From Eledone cirrhosa (taxonomy: Eukaryota), in contig OZ024763.1 in the NCBI GenBank assembly GCA_964016885.1, positions 12,028,001-12,092,000 on the forward strand: a DNA stretch of 64,000 nucleotides. Direction: 5' to 3'. The position numbers and the translations under genes were made by a program. Positions 42,485 through 55,324 of the stretch are shown piece by piece (the stretch's first letter is position 1; each line of letters opens with the position of its first letter). The notes under the pieces were generated by a model. It did not search any database and was not told the origin of the DNA. It was given only the letters and a program-made list of their open reading frames with translations.

Positions 42485-42918
42485 ATAATAATAGTTTCTA
42501 CTTTTTGGCACAAGGCCAGAAATTATCTCAGTGTATTACTGGTACTTTATTTTATCGACCCCGTAAGGATGAAAAGCAAAGTTAACCTCGGCGGGATTTG
42601 AACTCAGATCATAAAGGGACGTAACTCTGCTGGAAAGCATGTCCGACCCTCTACCGATACAATAATAATGAAATTATTGTATACAGTGCTCAGGTGCACT
42701 ACAACTCATCAAAGGTGCATTTATAGTACAGAGAATAATTGTTCTACTTTTGGCACAAGGCCTGCAATTACCCCAGTTCATTACTGGTACTTTATTTTAT
42801 CGACCCCAAAAGGATGAAAGACAAAGTTAACCTCGGCGGGATTTGAACTCGGGCCTTAAAGGGAAGTATCTCTGTGCTGGAAAGCATGGTGTCTGGCCCG
42901 CTACTGATACTGCCAATC
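42485..42918 (-). mobile_element. Two tRNA-derived SINE copies
   Basis: homologous to 38680-39312 family (42485-42660, 42735-42918). Confidence 0.75.
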
Positions 42919-43002
42919 TACTGCAAATTGTACATAGAATAATGTACAAATGTCAGGAAAGTGAACAGTGTATGAGTCATGTGTGTGTATGGAGGGGGAA
43001 TA

Positions 43003-43468
43003 TCAGGTGTAGTGTTGGCAAATTTTAGGAAGTATGGAGGTTTTGATGGATGCAGTGTCCCGGCAGGTAGAATGTTCCATGGAGGTTTTGAAGGATGCAG
43101 TGTCCCGGCAGGTAGAATGTTCCATCGAGGTTTTGAAGGGTGCAGTGTCCCGGCAGGTAGAATGTTCCATCGAGGTTTTGAAGGATGCAGTGTCCTGGCA
43201 GGTAGAATGTTCCATGGAGGTTTTGAAGGATGCAGTGTCCCGGCAGGTAGAATGTTCCATCGAGGTTTTGAAGGGTGCAGTGTCCCGGCAGGTAGAATGT
43301 TCCATCGAGGTTTTGAAGGATGCAGTGTCCTGGCAGGTAGAATGTTCCATGGAGGTTTTGAAGGATGCAGTGTCCCGGCAGGTAGAATGTTCCATGGAGG
43401 TTTTGAAGGATGCAGTGTCCTGGCAGGTAGAATGTTCCATGCTTCAGCAACTCTGAGCATGAAAAAAT
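43003..43468 (-). mobile_element. CR1-like LINE 3' end expanded into a 45-bp minisatellite (~9 copies)
   Basis: FFMLRVAEAWNILPA then (other frame) DTASFKTS..LPKICQHYT*, matching the CR1-group FFxxRVxxxWNxLP...SFK end; period 45 bp (43034 vs 43079). Confidence 0.7.
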
Positions 43469-43604
43469 AATCCTCCTTGCAGTCCACACTTCTTCCAATG
43501 GTGTTGCAATGCTTGGATCCCTTTGGTGAAGAATCTTTCATCCAGTTGGTCCACCAAAAGTCATCAACAGCAGATATTACGTCATCATCACTGCTGTGAT
43601 ACTG
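43467..43604 (-). mobile_element. mariner transposase C-terminal fragment (frameshifted)
   Basis: QYHSSDDDVISAVDDF / DQLDERFFTKGIQALQHHWKKC / DCKEDY. Confidence 0.7.
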
Positions 43605-45654
43605 GGGCCAAATCAGGAGTATAGAGAGGGGGCCACCTTCCTCTTAGTTTATAGAGCCCGCATATATACTCCCAGGTTTAGAATAATCCCCCATCCACAT
43701 CTGCTTATTAACCTTTGCTTATCTATCTCCTGTGAAATGTTATTGAATACATGGCTCCTACCAAACCATACTCACCCTCCAAATTTGACAAATCAAAGCC
43801 AAACCATCCATCTATTCATTTGGTAAGTTTTGAGCACAGGGCTGTGCTCATGGCCTACATAGAAGACCCTTCATGAGGTGATTACAGCTGAAATGTCAAA
43901 CCAAAGAACTTTCTCTTGATATTATGTAAATGATATGGAAGTCTTAGTAATTTAGGGGATAATAGAGATAGGTGAAAGGGGGTAAATTAGGGATTATGGC
44001 AGATTTTGTAGGGCTCCATGTCATAATATAGTAGGGGCAAGGGAAGGACTTCTTAATGACAGGACAAATTATAAGTGACAGTGACACTGATAAATGGTAT
44101 TTAATAAAGAGGGGTGAGAAGAGAAGGGACAGGAGGGTTTGTAATATATGGGGGGGGGGGTGAAGGGACAGGAGGGTGTGGAGTATATGGGGGGGGGGTG
44201 AAGGGACAGGGGTGGTGGAAAGGAGTAGAGGGGAAAGAAGGTTTAATATATGGAGGGGGGAGAGAGGAGTTAGGGAATAGGTGGGGAGAGGGGGAGGCTG
44301 TTACCACACTATGTATAACTTGATTTGTGGGTGTTTGTGTGAAGGTGTGCAGGTGTCAGTGTTTGGGAGGTGCAGGTGTGTATATGTTTGTGTGTGTGTG
44401 TGTATGTGCATGTGTGTGTGTGTATGTATATATGTGTGTATGTATGTATATGTGTTAGTGCTTCTGTGTGAGTATGTATGTATATGTGCATGTGTGTGTA
44501 TATGTATATATATATGTGTGTATGTATGTATATGTGCAAGTGCATCTGTATGTATGTATATGTGTAAGTGCATCTGTGTATGTATGTGTGTATGCATGTA
44601 TATGTGTGTGTAAGTGTGTGTGTATATGTATATGTATGTGTGTGTGTGTATGTATGTGTAAGTGCATCTGTGTATGTATGTATATGTGTGTATGCATGTA
44701 TGTGTGTGTGTGTATGTGTATGTGTAAGTGTATGTATATATGTGTGTGTGTATGTATATGTGTAAGTGTGTGTATATGTGTAAGTGTGTGTATATGTGTA
44801 AGTGTGTGTATATGTGTAAGTGTGTGTATATGTGTGTGTGTGTAAATAAACCATTCACTGCAGTGTTTGGCTGATCATCTGCTTAAAGTCAGAACTGCCA
44901 ACACTGTTAATATATTTCATATTAAGCTGTCTACAGCAACACCGCCACCCCCACCTCACCACCCCCACCTCACCCCCACCACCACAACCACCCCCGCCAC
45001 CTCACCACCGCCACCACCGCAACCTTCTCCCCACTAGCACCACCAGCAACAACACTGTATTGTTAAGTGGTAAGGGGATGATAGTGGAGGGTGGTGGGGA
45101 GGTGGTAGTAGAGGATGGTGGTGTTGAGACAGTGGGGGTGGTGGTAGTAGAGGATGGTGTGGTGGTGGTGTTGAGACTGGGGGTGGTGGTGAGGTGTGGT
45201 GGTAGTAGAGGATGGTGTGGTGGTGGTGATGAGACTGGGTGGTGGTGGTGTTGAGACAGTGGGGGTGGTGTGGTGGTAGTGGTGTTGAGACAATGGGGTG
45301 GTGTTGAGACACTGGGGGGAGGGTTGAGACAGTGGGGGTGGTGGTGGTAGTAGAGGATGGTGTGGGGGTGGGGGTGGTCCTGCAACTCAGGAATTTCAAA
45401 CATCCACCAACAGCTGTTCAAGAGATTAAGTATTATAACTAACATTTTATCATTATACTGCTGTTTGGAACATAACTTAATGAAGGACCACAGTGGTTGG
45501 TGCTATCATTAAGGCCAACTAGGCAGCCATATATGCTATATAATATATATGGCTGTGTATATATGAGTATGTGTGTGTATATATATATAATATTTATATG
45601 CATGTGTGTATGTCTATTTATGTAAATGTAAACAATAGTTACATACTGAAAACT

Positions 45655-46160
45655 GGCAATGGTGGTGGTGATAGTGGTGGTGGTGGTGATAGTGGTGGTG
45701 GTGGTGGTGATAGTGGTGGTGGTGGTGATAGTGGTGGTGGTGGTGGTGATAGTGGTGGTGGTGGTGATAGTGGTGGTGGTGATAGTGGTGGTGGTGGTGG
45801 TGATGGTGGTGGTGGTGGTGATAGTGGTGGTGGTGGTGGTGGTGATAGTGGTGGTGGTGATAGTGGTGGTGGTGGTGGTGGTGGTGATAGTGGTGGTGGT
45901 GGTGGTGGTGGTGGTGATAGTGGTGGTGGTGGTGGTGATAGTGGTGGTGGTGGTGGTGATAGTAGCATTGGTGGTGGCAATGGTAGTGGTAGTAGTGATA
46001 ATAGTGTTGGTGGTGGTGGGGATGGCAGTGGTAGTAGTGATAATAGTGTTGGTGGCAATGGTAGTGGTAGTGTTGGTGGTGGTGGCAATGGTAGTGGTAG
46101 TGTTGGTGATGGTGGCAATGGTAGTGTTCGTGGTGGTGGCAATGGTAGTGGTGGTGGTGA
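45655..46160. repeat. (GGT)n/GATAGT repeat
   Basis: direct inspection. Confidence 0.9.
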
Positions 46161-46447
46161 TATTTCTAAAAAAAATAATTACAAAAAATGTTATTTTTTG
46201 AGAGAAATAAACAGCAATAATAACAGCAACAACAACATCAGTAATAATAACAACATCAGTAATAACAACAATAACAACGTCAGTAATAACAACAATAACA
46301 GCAACAACAACAATAATAACAAAAAAGAAATTTGTTTCTGTTGGCTATATTCTGGTGAAAATGGAATATTCTGTTACTATATAGAAGATATTTCACTTAT
46401 ATACTCCCAGTGTGTATATATATATATATATATATACATATATATAC

Positions 46448-46478
<31 letters not shown>

Positions 46479-46479
46479 A

Positions 46480-46740
46480 GCAAAGGGATATTTAATTTGT
46501 TGGTAATTCAACAAATATAAATGTTTATAACTGATTCGAAGCACTCAACAGATTTTCTAGAGTATAATATTCAATGATATTAAATAAATGGAAACTATAT
46601 TTATAAAACCATATTTATTCTATTATATATATTTCAAGGGTACCAACATTTTGGTACGCTCTCATCAGATAAAATACAAAGTGCGTTTTATAAATATTGA
46701 CATATCCAGGAAGAAGATCTTTACGGTTCAAGTTTTTCCT

Positions 46741-46745
<5 letters not shown>
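46480..46745 (-). mobile_element. Family D hammerhead-bearing element between (TA)n tracts
   Basis: homologous to 15375-15650. Confidence 0.7.
46597..46697 (-). ncRNA. Type I minimal hammerhead ribozyme motif
   Basis: minus strand: TATTTTAT-CTGATGA-GAGCGTACCAA-AATG-TTGGTACCCTT-GAAA-TATATA-TA-ATAGAATA; 13-bp distal stem I extension ATATTTATAAAAC/GTTTTATAAATAT. Confidence 0.75.
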
Positions 46746-46800
<55 letters not shown>

Positions 46801-46844
46801 TCACACACACATACATACTTTATAGGTATATATATTTACTGTAG

Positions 46845-47318
46845 AGTCGTCATGTAGGTGTCACAACAAAAAGTACCCAGTCCACACACTAAAGTGGTCA
46901 TGTAGGTGTCACAACAAAAAGTACCCAGCCCACACTGTAAAGTACTCATGTATGTGTCACAACCTAAAGTACCCTGTACACACTGTAAAGTGGTCATGTA
47001 GGTGTCACAACAAAAAGTACCAATTCACACTAAAGTGGTCATGTAGGTGTCACAACAAAAAGTACCCTGTACACACTGTAAAGTGGTCATGTAGGTGTCA
47101 CAACAAAAAGTACCAATTCACACTAAAGTGGTCATGTAGGTGTCACAACAAAAAGTATGCAGCCCATACTGTAAATGTGGTTGCCGTTAGGAAGGGCATC
47201 CAGCTGTAGAAAACCAGCCAGATAAGCATTACATGGTCACCTGACCTAGCTTGACTTGAGTCGGCCAAACTCATCTAACCCATGCTAGAGTGGAAGATGG
47301 ATGTTAGATGATGATGAT
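46845..47318 (+). mobile_element. SINE 3' portion with ~7 tandem copies of an internal 45-48-bp segment
   Basis: GTCATGTAGGTGTCACAACAAAAAGTACC..ACTGTAAAGTG repeats running into GTTAGGAAGGGCATCCAGC and (GAT)n. Confidence 0.75.
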
Positions 47319-47406
47319 ATATATATACACACACACACACACACAGTGTATTTATATATACATACATATACATATATATACATACACATAAACATACACA
47401 CATAGT

Positions 47407-47615
47407 ATCATCACCGTTTTACGTCCGTTCTTCCACTCTAGCATGGGTTAGATGGGTTGTCCTGTTGTGGGCAGTGTCTGGTCGGCTGACCATGCCTTGC
47501 TCATACAGGATTCTGGCTTGATTTCTACAGCTGGATGCCCTTCCTAACACCAATCTCATTTACAGTGAGTGCTGGGTGCTTTTTTTCCGTGGCACCTACA
47601 TGTCCACTTTACAGT
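47407..47615 (-). mobile_element. SINE 3' portion
   Basis: GCTGGATGCCCTTCCTAACACC core; TTTTACGTCCG tail. Confidence 0.7.
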
Positions 47616-47641
47616 GTGCATTTATATACACAAATATATAC

Positions 47642-47693
<52 letters not shown>

Positions 47694-47837
47694 AATTAGA
47701 ATTTTATTTCTCGCCCTAGCACAGCTGTTACATAAATCTAAGTATTCACATATGCACATATATATATATACACACACACATATATATATTGTTCGATATA
47801 ATCCATTACGTACATATGTATATATGTGTGTGTGTAA

Positions 47838-47887
<50 letters not shown>

Positions 47888-48078
47888 TCATCATCATCAA
47901 CGTTTAACGTCCGTGTTCCACGCTTGCATGGGTTTATATATATTATTCAAAATATTAACAAATGAAAAATATTCTCATAATTAAAATATATATTTTATTA
48001 TACATATTTCAATTCCAAGTGACAGTCAATACTGCAATTGAATAATCAAGACTGTAGTGGTATGTCGCATATCAAATC

Positions 48079-48143
48079 ATATTTTGTCTGATGAAAACGT
48101 ACTTAAACACCATTGTACCTTTGAAATATGTATAATAAAATAT
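48079..48143 (+). ncRNA. Type I minimal hammerhead ribozyme motif (family D, weak stem II)
   Basis: ATATTTTGT-CTGATGA-AAACGTAC..GTACCTTT-GAAA-TATGTA-TA-ATAAAATAT. Confidence 0.6.
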
Positions 48144-48167
48144 ATATTTTGATTATGAGAATATGTG

Positions 48168-48198
<31 letters not shown>

Positions 48199-48201
48199 GT
48201 T

Positions 48202-48234
<33 letters not shown>

Positions 48235-48307
48235 ATATATATGTGTATATGTATATATGTGTATGTGTCTGTCTGTGTATATATATATGTGTGTGTGTAT
48301 ATATATA

Positions 48308-48342
<35 letters not shown>

Positions 48343-48394
48343 CTATATATATATGTATGTGTATATATGTATGTATATATGTATGTATGTGTAT

Positions 48395-48435
<41 letters not shown>

Positions 48436-49210
48436 TGTATGTGTATATATATATGTATGTATATATATATATATATGTATGTATATATGTATATATACAT
48501 TTCTATAATATGACGAGTGTGTTTTACTCCAACGCACTCTAGTATTTTAATTCTTATATATATATATATATATATGTATGTGTATATAGTGTATATATAT
48601 ATATATATGTGTATATATATATATATATATATGTGTATATATATATATATATATGTATGTATATATATATGTATGTATATATATATATATGTATGTGTAT
48701 ATATGTATGTGTATATATATGTATATGTATATATATATGTGTATATATATGTGTGTATATATGTATGTGTATATATGTATATATATATATGTATGTGTAT
48801 ATAGTGTAGTGACAGTTAATTGAATTGCTGTAGAAAGTCAATTATTGCTGTGATTCTGAGATTACTGACAAAATTCCCTCTCATATCTCCCTCTCTATAT
48901 ATATATATCCTCTCTATCTCTCTCCTCTCCCTCTCTCTCTCTATATATTCTCTCTCTCTCTCTCCTCTCTATATATATAACCTCTATCTCCCCCCCCCCC
49001 CCCTCTCCCACCAGACCAATAAACTCAATGACTCACTACCATCTATCTGTGTCATATATATATAAACTCAACAACCTATACTGGCTTTGACTGAGTCAGG
49101 AGGGGAGCCCTGCTAGGACCTTCTTATGGCAGGACACAAACATCTTTACTTATCCTCTACCACATCAAACCTTATTAGCAAGACATTCTTGAAAAGTATA
49201 AAACACCACC

Positions 49211-50138
49211 TTTAAACCGGCCATAGCTGGCCAGAATTCTCTCACCTCTTTCTGTTCAAACTGGCTGTAACTGGCCACTCTTAATGACGTTAAGGTATTG
49301 TTCCCAAAATAAATAATATCAAAATCTCATAGATTTGATATTATGTGGGATAATTGTGTGAGATAAAGCCTTTACCATGAAAATACAATAGTATATATAG
49401 AGTAATGTAAATGCTATGTGAGATAAAGCCTTTACCATGAAAATACAATAGTATATATAGAGTAATGTAAATGCTATGTGAGATAAAGCCTTTACCATGA
49501 AAATACAATAGTAAATATAGAGTAATGTAAATGCTATGTGAGGTAAAGCCTTTACCATGAAAATACAATAGTAAATATAGAGTAATGTAAATGCTATGTG
49601 AGATAAAGCCTTTACCATGAAAATACAATAGTAAATATAGAGTAATGTAAATGCTATGTGAGATAAAGCCTTTACCATGAAAATACAATAGTAAATATAG
49701 AGTAATGTAAATGCTATGTGAGATAAAGCCTTTACCATGAAAATACAATAGTAAATATAGAGTAATGTAAATGCTATGTGAGATAAAGCCTTTACCATGA
49801 AAATACAATAGTATATATAGAGTAATGTAAATGCTATGTGAGATAAAGCCTTTACCATGAAAATACAATAGTAAATATAGAGTAATGTAAATGCTATGTG
49901 AGATAAAGCCTTTACCATGAAAATACAATAGTAAATATAGAGTAATGTAAATGCTATGTGAGATAAAGCCTTTACCATGAAAATACAATAGTAAATATAG
50001 AGTAATGTAAATGCTATGTGAGATAAAGCCTTTACCATGAAAATACAATAGTAAATATAGAGTAATGTAAATGCTATGTGAGATAAAGCCTTTACCATGA
50101 AAATACAATAGTAAATATAGAGTAATGTAAGTGGTAAA
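49211..50138 (-). mobile_element. piggyBac-type MITE-1 with ~13 near-identical 60-bp units
   Basis: exact 60-bp period 49357-50130; unique part is reverse complement of 7970-8100. Confidence 0.8.
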
Positions 50139-50139
50139 T

Positions 50140-50785
50140 ATTGTTTCTACTTTTGGCACAAGGCCAGCAATGGGAACAGGGAAAGTTGATTAAATCAACC
50201 CCAGTATGATCCTGTACAAATGAAAGGCAAAGCTAACTTCAGCAAGAAGTACCAGTAATGCACTGGGTAATTGCTGGCCTTGTGCCAAAAGTAGAAACAA
50301 TTATTATGTTTACTGTGAAAATAATACCTCACATAATATCGAATCTACGAGATTTTAATATTATTTATTTTTAGAACATTACTTTAACATCAGTATGAGT
50401 GGCCGGTTACAGCCGGTTTGAACAGAAAGTGAGAGAATTCTCACTGGATACAGCCGGTTTAAATGTAATGTAATATTCAATGTGATGCAATCCTAGTTTT
50501 GTTTTCTTAATGTGATTTCATGTGGCTTAATTCAAATGTTTATATCTTTACTAGATTGTTGTAAACATTTGTATAATTAGAGTAAAGACTTTAATATTTA
50601 ATGTGATGGAGGCTGATGGATTGGCAGTGTCAGTAGAATGCTTTTCACAAGGCCAGCAATTACCCAGTAAAGTACCAGTAATGAACTGGGTAATTGCTGG
50701 CCTTGTGCCTAACGTAGAAACAACTATTATGTTTACTGTGAAAATACAACAGTAAATATAGAATAATGTAGATGTTAAAGGGTTA
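50140..50785. mobile_element. Scrambled SINE 3' ends and MITE-1 fragments in both orientations
   Basis: GGCACAAGGCCAGCAAT and its reverse complement; MITE-1 pieces at 50320-50465 and 50730-50785. Confidence 0.6.
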
Positions 50786-51194
50786 ATACTAGTAAAGCTA
50801 CTATAAATATTTGAATTAACACCCCTCCTGTCCGTGAGACCTCATTAACATAATACTGAGGTTTTACAAAGGACGTGAGAGGGTTGCTGTATCAATTAAT
50901 GTTTTGATTTTGTTTTACAGTTTATTTAGTCAGGGTGAGAGTGTTGAGAAGGTCCGGGAGGCGCTGGGGCCTAAGGGGACGGTAGGGTGGCGGTAGAGAT
51001 GATATAATAGTATACTAGATATCAAATGATACATATAAATATAGTAAAATAAAAAATATATAATATTTATTAATACATAGTATATATTATATTATTTATT
51101 ATATATAAATTAATATATTTATTTATTATATATTATTTACAATTTGCATGTAGGCAGGTCTCTCTGGAAGTAGGGGTGGGGTAATACATGGCTG

Positions 51195-51234
51195 TGAGGG
51201 TCTGGGGCTGACCCCAAAAGTTTGAGAACCTCTG
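51195..51234. mobile_element. Possible hAT-type terminal inverted repeat remnant
   Basis: AAGTTTGAGAACCTCTG resembles reverse complement of hAT-Charlie-type CAGGGGTTCTCAAAC termini; partner end not found. Confidence 0.3.
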
Positions 51235-51699
51235 GTTTAAAGGAAAATATGTCAAGTTCAGTGACCTTTGACACAGATAAGGAGAATGTATTGTCCACCA
51301 CCTACATCACATGTCATCACCCCACTAACTGGGTGCAGCATACTGTATATTCCTCTTGTCATTCAGCTGGTGCACAGTTCTGCATCACATGTACAATATG
51401 TTCAGTCCACACCTGCCTTCATATTTATTGTTAGAGAAAGTCTTTTGTCATTCCTTGTGGTGGTGGTGGTGGTGGTGGTGGTTTTGGCAGTAGTGGTGGT
51501 GGTGGTGGTGGTTTTGGTGGTTTTGGCAGTAGTGGTGGTATGGTATGTGTGGTGGTGGTGGTTTTGGTAGTAGTGGTGGTGGTGGTGGTGGTGGTTTCGA
51601 CAGTAGTGATTCGAGCTAGGCAACATCTGCTACTTCAATAGCTCGGCAACATCTGCTGCTTCAGTACCATGTGACAATTCCAATAGTGGCACTTTGGTT

Positions 51700-51701
<2 letters not shown>

Positions 51702-51734
<33 letters not shown>

Positions 51735-52051
51735 TTTACGTCCGCTTTTCCCTGCTTGCAAGGGTGGGACGGGAACTGATTCTGGCTTGATTTCTACAGC
51801 TGGATGCCCTTCCTAACACCAACCTCATTTACAGTGAGTGCTGGGTGCTTTTTTGCCATGGCACCTCCATGACCACTTTGCAGTGGAATGATAGGGACCC
51901 CACTCCCTATCATCTCATTTCTACAGCTGAGTAAACTGGAGCAATGTGAAATAAAGTGTCTTGCTCAAGGAAACAACACATCACCCAGTCTGAGAATTGA
52001 ACTCACAACCTTTTGATTGCAAGGCCAATGCTCTAACCCCTAAGCCATGTG

Positions 52052-52053
<2 letters not shown>
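51702..52053 (-). mobile_element. Full-length tRNA-derived SINE with RTE-derived tail
   Basis: near-identical to 30925-31262. Confidence 0.8.
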
Positions 52054-52148
<95 letters not shown>

Positions 52149-52378
52149 TAGACCAGTTCTTCTTTTTGGGTAAATGCATTTGATGTTCAGGAAGTCGGAT
52201 TGACTCCATGCCAAGCCTTTCCTCACTTAAAAAAAGATTCAAGTGCAGGCATCACTTGATATGTGACATTTTTTATATTGCTGGCCATAGGCAAGTCCCT
52301 TGCAGGACTAAAAAGCCACATCCGTGATGCTCATACTTAAACGTATCAAGTGATGGCATTACTCAAATTTGAGTTACA

Positions 52379-52411
<33 letters not shown>

Positions 52412-52416
<5 letters not shown>

Positions 52417-52634
52417 GTGGAACACGGGAAGGTAATATCCGTAGTGGTGGAGCACTCAGTCCATGGGACGAGTTAGGTAGAAGTGGTTACACAACAGTTA
52501 GTTCACCATACCGAGAACAATTGTTTCACCTTAGCGGATCCTCAGCTCATAATGGACCATTACGAGCTGAGGATCCGCTAAGGTGAAACAATTGTTCTCG
52601 GTATGGTGAACTAACTGTTGTGTAACCACTTCTA
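52412..52634 (-). mobile_element. Family B (TA)n-embedded fold-back mini-element
   Basis: 78-bp arms 52478-52555/52557-52634 (one mismatch), contains GAAAC-AATT-GTT; 66-bp tail; (TA)n both sides. Confidence 0.85.
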
Positions 52635-52751
52635 TATTTATATATATATATATATATATACACGCACACACACGCACACCCATACATATATAATGTGTGT
52701 GCATTTCTTTAGTATTTTATGAACAATGATAGTGGATAAATGTAGTATTAA

Positions 52752-55324
52752 CCCCCTTCATGCCAAACCACCTGAAACCAATATTACACAAAGCTGTGTA
52801 TAAGTGTCTATATTTATTTTTAAAAATCTGTCATCATAATTTTATGTAAGACCCTTTGCTATGTTCCAAACATCAGTTGAACCCATTACCATTTACATTA
52901 CTCTATATATACTATTGTATTTTCACAGTAAAGGCTTTACCTCACATAATATCTCACATACCATTTACATTACTCTATATATACTATTGTATTTTCACAG
53001 TAAAGGCTTTACCTCACATAATATCTCACATACCATTTACATTACTCTATATATACTATTGTATTTTCATGGTAAACACTTTACCTCACATAATATCTCA
53101 CATAACATTCACATTACTCTATATACACTATTGTATTTTCAAAGTAAAGGCTTTACCTCACATAATACCTCACACAACATTTACATTACTCTATATATAC
53201 TATTGTATTTTCACAGTAAAGGCTTTACCTCACATAATATCTCGCATAACATTTACATTACTCTATATATACTATTGTATTTTCAAAGTAAAGGCTTTAC
53301 CTCACATAATATCTCACATAACATTTACATTACTCTATATATACTATTGTATTTTCACAGTAAAGGCTTTACCTCACATAATATCTCACATACCATTTAC
53401 ATTACTCTATATATACTATTGTATTTTCACAGTAAAGGCTTTACCTCACATAATATCTCACATACCATTTACATTACTTTATATATACTATTGTATTTTC
53501 ACAGTAAAGGCTTTACCTCACATAATATCTCACATACCATTTACATTACTCTATATATACTATTGTATTTTCATGGTAAACACTTTACCTCACATAATAT
53601 CTCACATAACATTCACATTACTCTATATACACTATTGTATTTTCAAAGTAAAGGCTTTACCTCACATAATACCTCACACAACATTTACATTACTCTATAT
53701 ATACTATTGTATTTTCACAGTAAAGGCTTTACCTCACATAATATCTCGCATAACATTTACATTACTCTATATATACTATTGTATTTTCAAAGTAAAGGCT
53801 TTACCTCACATAATATCTCACATAACATTTACATTACTCTATATATACTATTGTATTTTCTTGGTAAACACTTTACCTCACATAATATCTCACACATTTA
53901 CATTACTCTATATATACTATTGTATTTTCACAGTAAAGGTTTTACCTCACATAATATCTCACATAACATTTACATTACTCTATATATACTATTGTATTTT
54001 CACAGTAAAGGCTTTACCTCACATAATATCTCACATACCATTTACATTACTCTATATATACTATTGTATTTTCACAGTAAAGGCTTTACCTCACATAATA
54101 TCTCACATACCATTTACATTACTCTATATATACTATTGTATTTTCATGGTAAACACTTTACCTCACATAATATCTCACATAACATTCACATTACTCTATA
54201 TACACTATTGTATTTTCAAAGTAAAGGCTTTACCTCACATAATACCTCACACAACATTTACATTACTCTATATATACTATTGTATTTTCACAGTAAAGGC
54301 TTTACCTCACATAATATCTCACATACCATTTACATTACTCTATATATACTATTGTATTTTCACAGTAAAGGCTTTACCTCACATAATATCTCACATACCA
54401 TTTACATTACTCTATATATACTATTATATTTTCATGGTAAACACTTTACCTCACATAATATCTCACATAACATTCACATTACTCTATATATACTATTGTA
54501 TTTTCATGGTAAACACTTTACCTCACATAATATCTCACACAACATTTACATTACTCTATATATACTATTGTATTTTCATGGTAAACACTTTACCTCACAT
54601 AATATCTCACACAACATTTACATTACTCTATATATACTATTGTATTTTCACAGTAAAGGCTTTACCTCACATAATATCTCACATAACATTCACACTATAT
54701 ATACTATTGTATTTTCATGGTAAACACTTTACCTCACATAATATCTCACACAACATTTACATTACTCTATATATACTATTCTATTTTCACAGTAAAGGCT
54801 TTACCTCACATAATATCTCACATAGCATTTACATTACTCTATATATACTATTGTATTTTCATGGTAAACACTTTATGCCACATAATACCTCACATAACAT
54901 TTACATTACTCTATATATACTATTGTATTTTCATGGTAAAGGCTTTACCTCGCATAATTATCTCACACAATATCGAATCTATGAGATTTTGAAAGTATTT
55001 ATTTTGAGAACAATACCTTAACATCAGTTTGAGCGACCAGTTACAGCCAGTTTCAACAGAAATAGGTAGAGAAATCTGGCTGGTTTGAACATTAAAGGGT
55101 TAAGTTATGTTCCATACACCAACTTAAGTCAGTTATATTTTTAAATACATCCAAATTCTTTTTTTTTTCTTTTTAGTTATTCAAATAAATTAAATTTTAT
55201 TCATGGAATATATCTTGTAAATACAGTTTAATAGAAAAAGAAAATTTAGATTGAGAAGAATGGAATGCAAGATAGGGAAATTATTTTGAAAGTGTCTTTC
55301 ATTAGAAGTATGTTAAGGAAAGGG
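52752..55324 (+). mobile_element. piggyBac-type MITE-2 interrupted by MITE-1
   Basis: TTAA|CCCCCTTCATGCCAAACCACCTGAAACC ... GTTAAGGAAAGGG|TTAA; halves homologous to 21231-21440 and 8115-8225. Confidence 0.55.
52882..55099 (+). mobile_element. piggyBac-type MITE-1 with ~29 internal 72-bp units
   Basis: CCCATTACCATTTAC ... AACATTAAAGGG|TTAA; 72-bp period. Confidence 0.85.

Noticed and set aside
45571-46479. Gly/Asn-rich 302-aa ORF
   Set aside because: (GGT)n and (AAC)n repeats flanked by microsatellite; no splice or domain evidence
52412-52634. Interpretation as a parvoviral terminal hairpin or CRESS origin (GGATATTAC in the tail)
   Set aside because: No Rep/NS1 or capsid remnants; the motif is not at a stem-loop apex; hammerhead half and (TA)n context fit a Penelope-like origin better
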